This document shows positions 22,401-35,200 of a stretch of DNA of 64,000 nucleotides, one piece after another. The notes below the pieces were generated by a model, which had not been told where the DNA came from, did no database searches, and saw only the letters and a list, made by a program, of their open reading frames with translations. Each line of letters begins with the position of its first letter. Within the stretch, counting starts at the first letter, position 1. The position numbers and the translations under genes were made by a program. Source of the DNA: Thalia democratica (Eukaryota); NCBI GenBank assembly GCA_965202585.1, contig OZ241833.1:24242001-24306000 (forward strand), read 5' to 3'.

Positions 22401-24112
22401 TTTTTATCCCCCTCATTTGGTTTTTTTCCACATTTCTCCCTTAGTGTTTGAATAATAACAACAACAATTAAGATTGTTGCTATAATTGTATAAATATGTC
22501 CTAAAAGTCCTAAGATATTCTTAATTTTCTTCCAAATCGAATATTTAATTTTTTCCAGCATGGCCCTCACATTGTTGTAGTCCATAGTATGCGTTTCTGC
22601 CAGTAATTCTTCTATGTTGATTCCATCACTTATATATTCTTCCTTGGTAATTAACAACAAGTTCTTGAGTTGTTGCTGTGTAACATCTTCTTCAGACCAA
22701 GAAACTTCTTGTAAGTCTTCATTTAGGTTTTCCTCTAAGATGTCGAAACTTTTTTCCTCTAGTTCAACATTTTTTATTGTAATCTTTTTCAGTGCTGGTA
22801 TTTGATCGATTAAGGTATTGTTATTATATATTATCAAGCTGTTATTGAAACTAAATGTCTTTCGTTTAGTAGGTGTAACTGTAGAGCTAATTTTTTCCGT
22901 AAGAAATCTTCCTTGGCGTAGTGATGTAAGCTTTGCTTCCGTGCCAGTATAGGCCACAAATAGTGGCCTATCTGACACATGACCTTTATAATATAAATTA
23001 GGCTGCAAAACTGCTTGGACTTTTGAGCACCTCAGTTCTTTTAAAATCCCTCCTGCGAATATAGCCTGTACCTCTCTTTCGAGAAGATAAGACAAGACTT
23101 GAGATGGATTTAGACTTTGACTTCCCATAAGGGCTACTATATTTGCCCGTGCCATTTCACAGGTAACTAATTTAAAATAGTTCCTAAAATTTTCGCTGTT
23201 CAAAAACGATCCATGTGCAATAGATGTCATTGTGGCTTGAATATTTCGTAGTGATGCTGGTATATTATCATCTGCAGTTCCAATTGGCTCAATGTTGCTT
23301 TCCTCAGGAATTTCCAGCACATGATTGGTCATTGTACAAAAAAATTTCGATTTTTTCTTTTGTTTTAGGCAGGCTAATGATTTTGGTGAGCATTTCATCA
23401 GGTTAGATACAATTAAGTTTGTTTCGTCTAGTTCGAATAAGTTTCCTTTTGAAGTTTTATGAATTATTAGAGTTTTATTTTCACTCCTCGGTATAGTTTC
23501 ACAGGTTTTTTCTCTAGGTTCTACATAATTGATTCTCCAGTTTCCTGCTGTGCAAGTTTTGAATTTTCTACTGCAAAACAATTTGCCCAACGATATGTGA
23601 TGTAGTTCTTCTGTCACCACATTTTTTGTAATTGTTAGATAGTTTAATTCAACATTTTTTACTTCTATTAGGTTTCCAAACCATCCATATTCCGGTTCCA
23701 AAATGTTTTTCGTAGTCATGGATCCATCCGCGTTTGGTAAGAGTCTCCCAACCGAAGTGAAGTGTCTTTGTTCCCACAATTCACACTCCCTCTTTGTTAC
23801 TAACTGGTGTTCCGTTCTTATTAAGTTGCAGACATTACTGCCGAAAAGGTAATGTATGCAGTTATAAGTATCTTTTGTCATTCTGCAAGCTTTTGCCCCT
23901 AAGTTATACATTTGGTTAAAAGGTTTAAAAACCCTTACTGGGTATATTTTAGTAGTGTTTCCTTTGTTTATGCATTTCCCAGGGGGTATAATTTTGAACT
24001 GTTGCATTACCTCATTCTTGCAAAGGTCTATATATACCTTCCTTGTTATATCTGAATAGACCATAGCTAAGCAAAGTGTTGTTATCCATAATGTTTTCAT
24101 GACCAGCTTCAT
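22397..24112 (-). CDS. env: Env-like type I membrane glycoprotein, class III fusogen-like (herpes gB / chuvirus G-like), 571 aa
   Basis: Signal peptide at aa 1-20, Cys-rich ectodomain, aromatic loops YLFG (88-91) and YGWFG (142-146), a gB-like block CEMARANIVALMGSQSLNPSQVLSYLLEREVQAIFAGGILKELRCSKV followed by DRPL, N-glycosylation sequons (NTT, NKT, NNS, NNT), a TM at about aa 533-557 and a short basic tail. Confidence 0.88.
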   Translation of the reverse strand: MKLVMKTLWITTLCLAMVYSDITRKVYIDLCKNEVMQQFKIIPPGKCINKGNTTKIYPVRVFKPFNQMYNLGAKACRMTKDTYNCIHYLFGSNVCNLIRTEHQLVTKRECELWEQRHFTSVGRLLPNADGSMTTKNILEPEYGWFGNLIEVKNVELNYLTITKNVVTEELHHISLGKLFCSRKFKTCTAGNWRINYVEPREKTCETIPRSENKTLIIHKTSKGNLFELDETNLIVSNLMKCSPKSLACLKQKKKSKFFCTMTNHVLEIPEESNIEPIGTADDNIPASLRNIQATMTSIAHGSFLNSENFRNYFKLVTCEMARANIVALMGSQSLNPSQVLSYLLEREVQAIFAGGILKELRCSKVQAVLQPNLYYKGHVSDRPLFVAYTGTEAKLTSLRQGRFLTEKISSTVTPTKRKTFSFNNSLIIYNNNTLIDQIPALKKITIKNVELEEKSFDILEENLNEDLQEVSWSEEDVTQQQLKNLLLITKEEYISDGINIEELLAETHTMDYNNVRAMLEKIKYSIWKKIKNILGLLGHIYTIIATILIVVVIIQTLREKCGKKPNEGDKK

Positions 24113-24209
24113 TATACTATCTACCTTCCAGCTTAAATTTTCTTATTTATAACCAAAACGAGAGAGGTGGAGAGAAAAAAAATAGTTCGCCAAAAATTTT
24201 TTTTTTTTT

Positions 24210-24252
<43 letters not shown>

Positions 24253-24464
24253 CCAATCATCTTAGTATTGAGAGCGGAAAAATAACAACATCAAAAATAA
24301 AATTAATAATAAGCAAGTAACTTTAACTTCCACATTAATTACACTTCATATGATACACGGTAATTTTGTGTGACAATTTCAAGTGCTCGAGTTTAAAGTG
24401 ACATGGTTATGGAATTTCTCAAAAAGAATCATTTATCTGATATATACAAAATTAATACGATGGC

Positions 24465-24788
24465 TTAATTGGTCTCTCCCACCATTCCAAAATACGGTTG
24501 GTTATAAATGATGAAATACCTTAATTTCATCTCCAAATTGAATAGTGAAATATCCTGAAAACTTATCATGTGAGTAATTCCTACAAAACCTATTGCGTAC
24601 GAGCATTTCTCACTTACTTCGTTTTCAAAAAGGAAATTAAAATGGGTGCAGAAATTTTTTATCATATTACTGTTTGAACATTCATATAAATGAAAATTTT
24701 TATGTAAGAATTCTTTAAAGTTCTCATTCGAATTTATATAATTATAGAAGTCTTCTCCATATACGGGGTTAATCATAAGTAAGAACAT
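24465..24788 (-). CDS. Possible 107-aa accessory ORF upstream of env
   Basis: Same strand as the other element ORFs, with 3 Cys and non-repetitive sequence. It is short and has no recognisable motif. Confidence 0.35.
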   Translation of the reverse strand: MFLLMINPVYGEDFYNYINSNENFKEFLHKNFHLYECSNSNMIKNFCTHFNFLFENEVSEKCSYAIGFVGITHMISFQDISLFNLEMKLRYFIIYNQPYFGMVGETN

Positions 24789-24874
24789 TACAATTTTATC
24801 TAAAATAGTTATAATTTTTAGGGTGATTACTAATCAATATGCCTACAATAAATTTTACTTTGCTAAATTAGCTC

Positions 24875-27800
24875 AATTAAATTGAAGATGTAAAAATAAA
24901 AAAATAAAAAATTAGTGAGGGATGGAATAAAAATATGGCTAAAAAAAATACAAAACAAAACATATTCTGAGGTAAAACTACTTAATTAATTCAGTAATTC
25001 ATAAAAAAACTATAAACTTGTGTTTCGTAATTATAAATATAGACAATCATATTTAAACATACATTTTTATTATTAATTATATCTGCTTATTTGCTATTTA
25101 AATCTAAAAAAAAAATAACAGATATTATGATATTGAAATTCAATATTATTTAAAGTTAAGTAATTAGAAAAATTACATAAAAAAAACAAAAAACTTATAA
25201 CAAAACCTAAATATTGTTTTTTCAATTTTGTAATAAACTTGATATCCGTTTTTCCATGACCCTTTCAACTTCGACGTTTTTTTTTCTGACAGATGTCTCG
25301 TGGAATTGTCAAGCAAAAAGGTATATTCTTGTCTTCATCATGGACGTTTGAATTTAAAAGCAAAGTTTCTTTCGTAGAAACATCATCATAAAAAAATATT
25401 TCATTTGGAGTATCTTTTTCCAAATATTTTCGAGCAGTTTAGCTCGGAATGTTTTCATAGTTCAACTATCTTTATAAAATAATAAATATTTTTATTTCTA
25501 TTTAAGAAGTTTAATTAATTTCTATTTAGGTGAGTTCCCTCTCAACTTATTCATCCCCACATATCTTCCATATCAACTTATTCGTCTCCACACATATTCC
25601 ATATTAACTTTTTCGTCTCCACACTTCTTCCATATCAACTTATTCGTCTCCACACATATTCCATATCAACTTATTCGTCTCCACACATATTCCATATCAA
25701 CTTATTCGTCTCCACACTTCTTCCATATCAACTTATTCGTCCCCACACATATTCCATATTAACTTATTCGTCTCCACACATATTCCATATCAACTTATTC
25801 GTCCCCACACATATTCCATATCAACTTATTCGTCCCCACACAACGACTATCTTTCAGTTAATATTACTGGAGCTGATTACCCTTCCAAACTTAAAAAAAA
25901 AATTTTACCTCACATAAAATGATAAATATTTCTGAGTTCAGCCAACGAAGTTCGTTTAAAATATTGACAAATTGATAAGTTTCACTATGTAGTGTCACGG
26001 GAATAGAATTGCGTCCTCCAGACTACTAACTTTTAGTTTTTTATTTGTTTAAAGTTTATTTATTAAATGTTTTTTTTTTTTTTTTTATGTTTAACATAAT
26101 GTCATGATTTGACAACTTTAAAACACTTGATTTGCGGTTATTCTACTGGCTTAAAAAAAACTATATTTATATTATTTTTATGATATACGATGCACTAAGA
26201 TTAATATAATTAAGTGAATACTTAAATTCACTGTTAACATGCCATGCGAGGTTGTTTACGAGTTAAGTAGTTAAACTAGCAATTAAAAAAAAAAAAAAAA
26301 AAAAAAAAAGACCAGAACTTTGCGCTTTTAAAAAAAAAACAAAATTTCTTCATCATAAATGAATAACATCAACAATATATATATACAAGAAAAAAAAAAT
26401 AAGATAAATTAATATGAAAAACTACAACAGGCAGACTATACATATAGTAACTATAAATCATAATATATTTCTAAGCATGACATATTGAGAATAAACTTAA
26501 TAAGTAATTTGTAGTTTAAGACAATGAAATTTCTACATCGATGCTCAAACCCATAAAATGCCTTATGCATAATATCAACATTACTGTTACCTAAACAAAT
26601 CACAACCGCTTGTGAAGCTATAATCAAAAGTTTATATACCTATTTTTTATACACTTTTTAAGCAAACATTAGTGGAATTTTTTTAGACATTAAGTAAGAT
26701 TGTTAAAAAATAGATAAAGCTACTCAAACTTTATATTTTTTTATAATTCATTTTAATAAACTTAATTAATAAGTTATTAAAGCAAAATATTTATTATATT
26801 ATTTAGATAATTTAATGAAAATAATTAAATGATAATAGTTTTTTTAATCTAAATTCACAGAAATATGTTTGATAGTTATTGTATCATTATAGCAATCAAT
26901 AGTTAAATATTAAATGTATTAATTAACTTTTTACTAAATTATCATTATAACTTTATCAATAGATAATAATCACTTTAAGTTATCAAAATAGCTTTAACCC
27001 TACAGAGAAAACTAATTATTAAACTAGAAGTTTGCCGTACAATGTGACGTAATATATCAACAAATTGAGTTAAGTATTTCTTTTAAAATTATGTTACAAG
27101 AGACTAATAAGACAATTAGTTAATAAAATTAAGTGTTTTGGTAAGAAAAACTTCATAGTACTTTTAGGTTCTGTTTTGTTATCGATTTAAAGTCAAACGC
27201 CATACTAAATAAATTAAAGCCAGATGTTATGAAAATTTAACAATTGTTATTTACTCCTAACGTTTTAGATTTTATCGATAAGAAAATAAAATCCGAGTGA
27301 AATTTAAATTGATAAGAAAGTTTAACTTTTACGACAGTAACTATAAAAAATTATCAGATGCTTGTAAAACGAAAATAGCAAGTTTTATTTTGTTATTGTT
27401 TGAAAAATTTATTTTTAACAATTTTTTATGTGAAAATTTACAAAAACTGTCAATCATTATTCCTATTTGTTTATGATTAAAGTACATTTTTACTGCTGTA
27501 ACTTTATCTTAAAAAAATTCGATTTTTTATACGACGGGAATTTTATCACAAACAGGTGCGGTTAAATAATTTAAACTCCTTCCGTTGTGTTAACAATCTT
27601 TAAAACATTGTTAAAAAAGATTTAAAGTTAGGCTATAAGATCGTATTGTAATAATTTAAAGTTTGAAAATAAATATTCTTAAAGTTATTAAGTATTGTAT
27701 AGTTATTATACACAAATTGTAATTAGAATATACTAAAACATTCTAAACTTCTTATATTTTTAATGAAAATCACACTAACAAAAATAATAGCGACATAATT

Positions 27801-27918
27801 ATACACATGACATAGTTAAATAGTTAAATGTAAACAACAAAACTTTTTTATTTTTTTTTATTAAATAATATTTGCAACTTTTTTATGTTTTTTTTATCTT
27901 TTAATTTTATATTTTTCT
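24875..27918. repeat. Internal duplicated module, copy 1
   Basis: Blocks 24875-25240, 25845-26030, 26095-26425 and 27367-27918 recur in the same order at 28340-28760, 30048-30215, 31070-31674 and 31675-32226. Confidence 0.85.
25543..25841. repeat. 31-bp tandem array A (~10 copies)
   Basis: Unit approximately CAACTTATTCGTCTCCACACATATTCCATAT. Confidence 0.92.
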
Positions 27919-28339
27919 AAATTTAGTCTCTTACCTTACCTCTCTATTTTGTCTTCATTTTAAGATTTTTGTTTTTAATTCTATTTCTGTCTAGTATCAG
28001 TTTCTATCAATATTTTTATACTTAAGATTGTTATATCAACATTACCTTTTAATGTATCAATAATCATTTACGTCTATCATTCAGTACCTGTACCCACAAA
28101 CTCCTTCCGAAACCATTGGTAGAATAAAAAAAGATAAAAGATAAAAAAACAAGTAAATAGAAAAAAAATTGTACATAAGTTAATTATTTAACAAGAATAT
28201 GGTATTTTTAATTACATGTGTATATACTTTTCTTAATTAAAAATAATTAATTAAGTCAGTAATTCATAGTTTAAACAAAATTATAATTTTGAAATTAAAA
28301 AACTGTAAATTGTTGTTGGTGCTTAAAATATAAAATTTA

Positions 28340-31300
28340 ATTGAAATGTTAATAAAAAGTTAGTGAGTAATGGATTAAAAACACGGCAAAAAATTACAAA
28401 CCATAACAAAACATTTTCTAAAGTAAAACTAATTAATTGATTCAGTAATTCATAATTTGTAAGAATTAAGTTTGGTGTTACAAAAACTATAAACATAGAC
28501 AATCATTGTTTAACATACATATTACAATTAATTTTTTTATTTGCCTGTTTGCAGAGCAGGAGTTATGTAAGTAAAAGTGTATGTAGAATTAAAAGTCTTA
28601 TTTTAAGCTAATTAAATCTTAAAAAAACTGATGTTTATGTTACTTTAAAAATTGAATGTTATTTAAAGTTAAGTAATTAAAAAAATTACATAAAAAAACT
28701 TATAACAAAACCTAAATATTGTTTTTTTTTTTCATTTTTTTGATGCAATAAACTCAATGTAAGTTTTTTTTTTGTGAACTCCTCGTCAACTTCTTCGTCT
28801 CCACCCATCATCTTCCATATCAACTTATTCGTCTCCACACATCATCTTCCATGTCAACTTATTCGTCTCAACACGTCTTCCATATCATCTTATTCGTCTC
28901 CACACATCTTCCATGTCAACTTATTCGTCTCCACACATCTTCCATATCAACTTATTCGTCTCCACACATCTTCCATGTCAACTTATTCGTCTCCACACAT
29001 CTTCCATGTCAACTTATTCGTCTCCACACATCTTCCATGTCAACTTATTCGTCTCCACACATCTTCCATATCAACTTATTCGTCTCCACACATCTTCCAT
29101 GTCAACTTATTCGTCTCCACACATCTTCCAATCAACTTATTCGTCTCCACACATCTTCCATGTCAACTTATTCGTCTCCACACATCTTCCATATCAACTT
29201 ATTCGTCTCCACACATCTTCCATGTCAACTTATTCGTCTCCACACATCTTCCATATCAACTTATTTGTCTCCACACATCTTCCATGTCAACTTATTCGTC
29301 TCCACACATCTTCCATGTCAACTTATTCGTCTCCACACATCTTCCATGTCAACTTATTCGTCTCCACACATCTTCCATATCAACTTATTCGTCTCCACAC
29401 ATCTTCCATATCAACTTATTCGTCTCCACACATCTTCCATGTCAACATATTCGTCTCCACACATCTTCCATATCAACTTATTCGTCTCCACACATATTCC
29501 ATGTCAACTTATTCGTCACCACACATCTTCCATGTCAACTTATTCGTCTCCACACATCTTCCATATCAACTTATTTGTCTCCACACATCTTCCATGTCAA
29601 CTTCTTTGTCTCCACACATCATCTTCCATATCAACTTATTCGTCTCCACACATCTTCCATGTCAACTTCTTTGTCTCCACACATCATCTTCCATCTCAAC
29701 TTCTTCTTTTTTGATTTATTTTGATTTTCAGTTAATTTAGTTTGTTGCTTGAGCCGTTTTCTTCGTGATTCTTGAACTTAAATATCTTTAATCACTCATA
29801 TTTTTAAAATATCTTTATTAGAACTTGTTCTGACTTATAACAATGATAATGAATTATTCTTAGTATATATTTATAAAAAGGGTTATTTCATTTCTTTTAA
29901 ATAAAATACTGTTAAGAAATTTAAAAATAAAATTGAACTTTAGCAGACAGCAGGCTATATCATTAAACATAAGTTTAAATTTCTATATACAAGTTGTGCT
30001 TCTTAAAAAGTTACTTTTTTTGTGTTAGTATTTAGACATAAGTAGCTCGACTATCTTTCAGTTAATATTACTGGAGATGTTTACCCTTCCAAACTTTAAA
30101 AAAAATATTTTCCTCATATAAAATAATAAATATTTCTGAGTTCAGCCAACGAAGTTCGTATAAAATATTGATAAATTGAGAAGTTTCATTGTGTAGTGTC
30201 ACGGGAATAGAATGCGTGTTCGTTCAACGACTTTTATGTTATGGCACAGGATTGATAACTACGTAACTTTGACGTGAACATTTCGTTTTCTTTGTTTGGT
30301 GACACTGGAGTAGTAGGTGATTTCTGATCACAAAATTAATAATGTGTATCCCACAATTACTGAATAAAATAAAATTAATGAAAAACTCTCGCAATAACAA
30401 GTTAAATATTAAAAATGCTGCTGACCCTAAAATTTGCATGTCTTTTATGCGAAAAGAAAGTACACTTATTATAGTTTTGAACAAAGTATTTTCGATCTCC
30501 AGACTTTTTTAAAAACGGTATTAGAATAGCACTCATCTTTGGTCGTTTAATAACTTATAGTTTGTTATTTGTTTAAAGTTTAACTTATTCAATAATTTTT
30601 GTGAAAACAAGCCTGCTGCTGATAAATGGCTGATTTTGAAATAATAGTACCAAAAAGTATATTATTTTACCTGATTATATTTGAAAAATTATACACACAA
30701 TTGCTTGTCATAAAACGTTAAGTTTTTTATTTGAAAATAAGAGTTTTTAAAGTTAGGAATTCAAAATAATATAGTTTCTAACTTATTACTACTAAATTAC
30801 TTGACAAATTACTACTTTTAAAACACTTCTGTATGTTTTATTAACTAATAATTAATTATCTTTTATGAGCCTTAGCACTTGAAGTTAAATTTTTTTTTTT
30901 ATAATTAAAGTTATATAAGACTGAATGTAGATTACAATCTTAAACTATTTATGTTTCATTAGTTGAATATTTGCAATGTTTTAGAATAAGTTCACTTATA
31001 ATTTGATATAGTAACAATGAAATAGAGTAACTCGGATGTTAATTTACTGTTATAATATATCATATTTAACTTAATGTCATGACTTGACAACTTTTATACA
31101 CTTGATTTGTGGTTATTCTACTGGCTTAAAAAAAAACTATTTTTATATTATTTATATGATATACAATGCATTAAGATTAATATAATTAAATAAATACTGA
31201 AACTTTTTTATTTTTTATAGTTTTATTATATTTACTTACAAATACATTTTTTAATGTAGAAAGTGTGTTTGCCGTTCGTAAGTTAATTTTTGTAATATAA

Positions 31301-32226
31301 AACATTTTTAAAGACAAAAGCAGGTAATGCTTTAACCTAAACAATCAAAAGTTTTAGGAATCATTACATACTTATAAATTCTCTAAAGGAAAACTTTTAA
31401 ACGTAATTATATAATTGAACTTGATTGACATTGACTTTGAAAACAAAGATTTATGATTCATTTTTGCCATTTTACGAGCATTTAGAGAAGCTGAAAATTC
31501 ACTGTTAAGATGCCATGCGAAGTTGCTTACGAGTTAAGTAGTTAAACTATCAATTTAAATAGGACCAGAATTTTGCGCTTTTTTAAAAACCAAAATTTCT
31601 ATATTATAAAACCAAATAATATCAACAATATATATACAAGAAAAAAAAAAAAAATAAATTAATATGAAAACTACAAACGAAAATAGCAAGTTTTATTTTG
31701 TTATTGTTTGAAAAATTTATTTTTAACAATTTTTTATGTGAAAATTTACAAAAACTGTCAATCATTATTCCTATTTGTTTATGATTAAAGTACATTTTTA
31801 CTGCTGTAACTTTATCTTAAAAAAATTCGATTTTTTATACGACGGGAATTTTATCACAAACAGGTGCGGTTAAATAATTTAAACTCCTTCCGTTGTGTTA
31901 ACAATCTTTAAAACATTGTTAAAAAAGATTTAAAGTTAGGCTATAAGATCGTATTGTAATAATTTAAAGTTTGAAAATAAATATTCTTAAAGTTATTAAG
32001 TATTGTATAGTTATTATACACAAATTGTAATTAGAATATACTAAAACATTCTAAACTTCTTATATTTTTAATGAAAATCACACTAACAAAAATAATAGCG
32101 ACATAATTATACACATGACATAGTTAAATAGTTAAATGTAAACAACAAAACTTTTTTATTTTTTTTTATTAAATAATATTTGCAACTTTTTTATGTTTTT
32201 TTTATCTTTTAATTTTATATTTTTCT
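28340..32226. repeat. Internal duplicated module, copy 2
   Basis: Diverged copy of 24875-27918 with insertions (e.g. about 31200-31495) and a deletion of about 940 bp. Block 31675-32226 is identical by eye to 27367-27918. Confidence 0.85.
28787..29703. repeat. 31-bp tandem array B (~29 copies)
   Basis: Unit CAACTTATTCGTCTCCACACATCTTCCAT(G/A)T; period 31 (e.g. 28921 and 28952), with a few 34-bp and shorter units. Confidence 0.95.
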
Positions 32227-33128
32227 TATTTATTCTTTATTTTACCAACTAAACAATTGAAAATAAAATAACTTAAAATTTAGTATATTGAGTAACAAAA
32301 AACATTTAAATGTTTTGATTATTTTGAACAAAATGAATCTAATAAATATTAGTTTGCACTTAAGCAAAATCGAAGTTACCTAACTATACATTATGTCAAA
32401 ATTATATAAAAAATCATTTTATAAATATTATCACTTTTCTGTTTAATTATTATCATCTCTAATATCTCGTATCAATATTTTATAGTTACGGTGTTAAACA
32501 TAACAACACATCAAAAAATAAAAAAAATTCCTATTTTTAAGAATTGAAGTCTATATTGATAACAATAATTATTGAGTGAAGTCATAACTGTTAATATTAT
32601 TCGTAAAGTAATTTGTTTTAAAACGCAGGATAACGTTAGATGTGTCTAAATGTGTTTCTAATAATGTTCCTCTATTTTTTTAAATGAAAGTATTCAATTT
32701 TAATTAACCCACATACTACAATAACATATAAGCTTAAACTTTGGATAATAAATTATAATTTAAGCAATCATATATTTGTTTAATAATATAAAATTTCAAC
32801 ATCTCTACTTATTGTTTATTTAATTATAATACCAAGTAGTAATAATAAAAAATATATAAAAAAAAAATTATCTAAATAATGAAAAAATAAAATAGTTACT
32901 ATCAGTTTAATTGATTTCTTCCGAATGAGCTGAATTATGTAGAAACAAGATTTCTTCAAAACTGGTCTAAAAGTTATTCCTATTCGTCTGCATCGTGACC
33001 TTCCTTTCATATTCCCTCACGCGCAGAATCAATAAGTATCCTAGATGTTGTCCTGCTTCCTGTCGATCGCTTAAATTTTCCTAAATGTTTCATAATCGAC
33101 TATTTAACACTATTTCCCGCTAAGTCTA

Positions 33129-33372
33129 CTGTGGCTCTGCATAATTTTTAGTTTCCATGTTCTAACTTAGGTCCAACGATAAGAAAAAGTAATGTATTTG
33201 ACCTTTCCCAATTTCTAGAATAGATTTTCTAAAAATAGTGTTAAGCTCTGCTGTGGCTCTGCATAATTTTTAGTTTCCATGTTCACTTAGGTCCAACGAT
33301 AAGAAAAGTAATGTATTTGACCTCTCCCAATTTCTAGAATAGATTTTCTAAAAATAGTGTAAAGCTCTGCTG
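33129..33372. repeat. 122-bp tandem duplication, with a third partial copy at about 33440-33487
   Basis: CTGTGGCTCTGCATAATTTTTAGTTTCCATG... occurs at 33129 and 33251. Confidence 0.88.
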
Positions 33373-35200
33373 ACCATTTTCTATACTTCATAAAGCTTCA
33401 TATGGCCAACAAACAAATACTTAAAAAATGTTTATCCACCAAAATTTTGTTTTCCATGTTCTCCTTTTAGGCCCAACGATAAGAAAGGATAAAAGTTAAT
33501 ATAAAAGTAAAAACTACTGCCTTATTGAAGTATGAAACTGACGTGTTGTAAAACAACGCGTACTTTATTAATTGATTATTATTCGCAACTCAAGAATTTA
33601 AATTATGGTACTATAATTTATCATAGATTAAAACAATTTTAAAATCATTAATAATTAAGTTAACATAAGTAGTGAGATTTCCTTACAAATATGTAATAAT
33701 ATAAAAAAAAAATAATATAATAATATTTAACTCTTAACTATTATAATACATATTTAACAAAACACAAAAAAAATCTCAGTATGCTACATATAATTCTAAT
33801 GTAACTAAAAAAAATTTTGAAGTCTGAGCTTTCCTTTCAGTTGATTTTTTTTATAAATGTTTCTTGAAAAGCAGATATATATGATCACAACAAAAGAAAA
33901 AAATCTTAAATATCTTCTATCAAAATTGTAACTACTTGATAAAAATTTAATTATCTTCAGTTTCTTGTTCAATTGAATTCCCCTGACTCCTATACTTGAA
34001 ATAATTCAATTTTGAATAAGTTGAAAAGTTTAACTTAATAAAAGCACTCAAGTTTTCTTAGCTTCTTAAATGATCCAAGTGCTGGCAAAATAAATTTATG
34101 CCACAACTTTTTAAATATTTTAATTTAAAAAGTTTTGTGTAAACATTTTCATTAATCTAACAATTTCTAATTTTAAGTATCGCGTTTTTTTTTTTTTTTT
34201 TTTTTTTATTATTTTTTATTTATCTAAATAGTTACAAATATTAATCAATTATTCGCCGACAAGCTAAAAATTTATACTAAATAATATCAGCTGGGAATAT
34301 TATTACAAAATAAAACAAAATAAAAACATTTATTTTTCAAAATCCTACAAAAAATTTAAAAAATTTGTTTCACTAATTATATTCCCATGTTAATTAAATG
34401 TCACAATTTCGAATACAAATCCTTTGTGTATAACATCGCATATTAAAAAATTAAAATATTCGTTTGCACTTATTAACAAAATTTATTTAAAAACAAATTT
34501 TTATTCAAAAGCTAATTTTTATTCTCATGCTTTACTAATTTCTATTGACAAAAAGTTTCATATTATATTACAAAGTTGTTAAATGAATGCTATAGCATCT
34601 TATGCATTTATATAATATGTTAAATAAAATCTGAAACAATATTTATTTACTCACCCATCGATACTTTATACTCGTAACATCGATACAAGATTTATAAATA
34701 CTGTTAATACATAATATAATACATTATTCTAAAATTAATAGTTTATAATATTAATTATTCAAAAATTTTTTATAAGTTTTATGATTTTTGGAAATTTTTG
34801 GAAATTTTTATTATTTTTTATATTTTTTATTTTTATTTTATTTTTATTTTATTTTTATTTTATTTTTATTTTATTTTTATTAAAATTTTTTTATTATTAT
34901 ATTATGGACAAAATAAAAAGAATTAATTACATGCAATAAGATGAAAAAGTAACACAACAAGTTGATTACCATCGCTTGTTTAAGCTTAAACAGGCCTTAC
35001 TAAATTAACACAAAAAAAAAAATCTTAATAAATAAGTATTTCGCACCCAATTGCTTATTGTAACGAATCACACAGCTATGCTTTAATATTAAAACTATTT
35101 TTATATATCATGCTAACTAAAACAATATTGTACGAATAAAATATTTTGAACATGTCAATCTGATTAATGTTAATTCCTACTCTCAATTCAAAACTTACTT

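Noticed and set aside
22397-24112. Stand-alone endogenous viral element of an RNA virus
   Set aside because: It lies between matched LTRs and is co-oriented with gag-pol, with no N, P, M or L-like ORF recognised. It is better explained as element cargo, although the donor may have been such a virus.
25543-29703. CRISPR-like appearance of the 31-bp arrays
   Set aside because: Units are head-to-tail without unique spacers, there are no cas genes, and the context is eukaryotic.
28774-29740. Three overlapping plus-strand ORFs of 275-316 aa
   Set aside because: Artefact of a 31-bp repeat whose plus strand has no stop triplets. All three frames are open, antisense to the element, and cycle through the same peptide.
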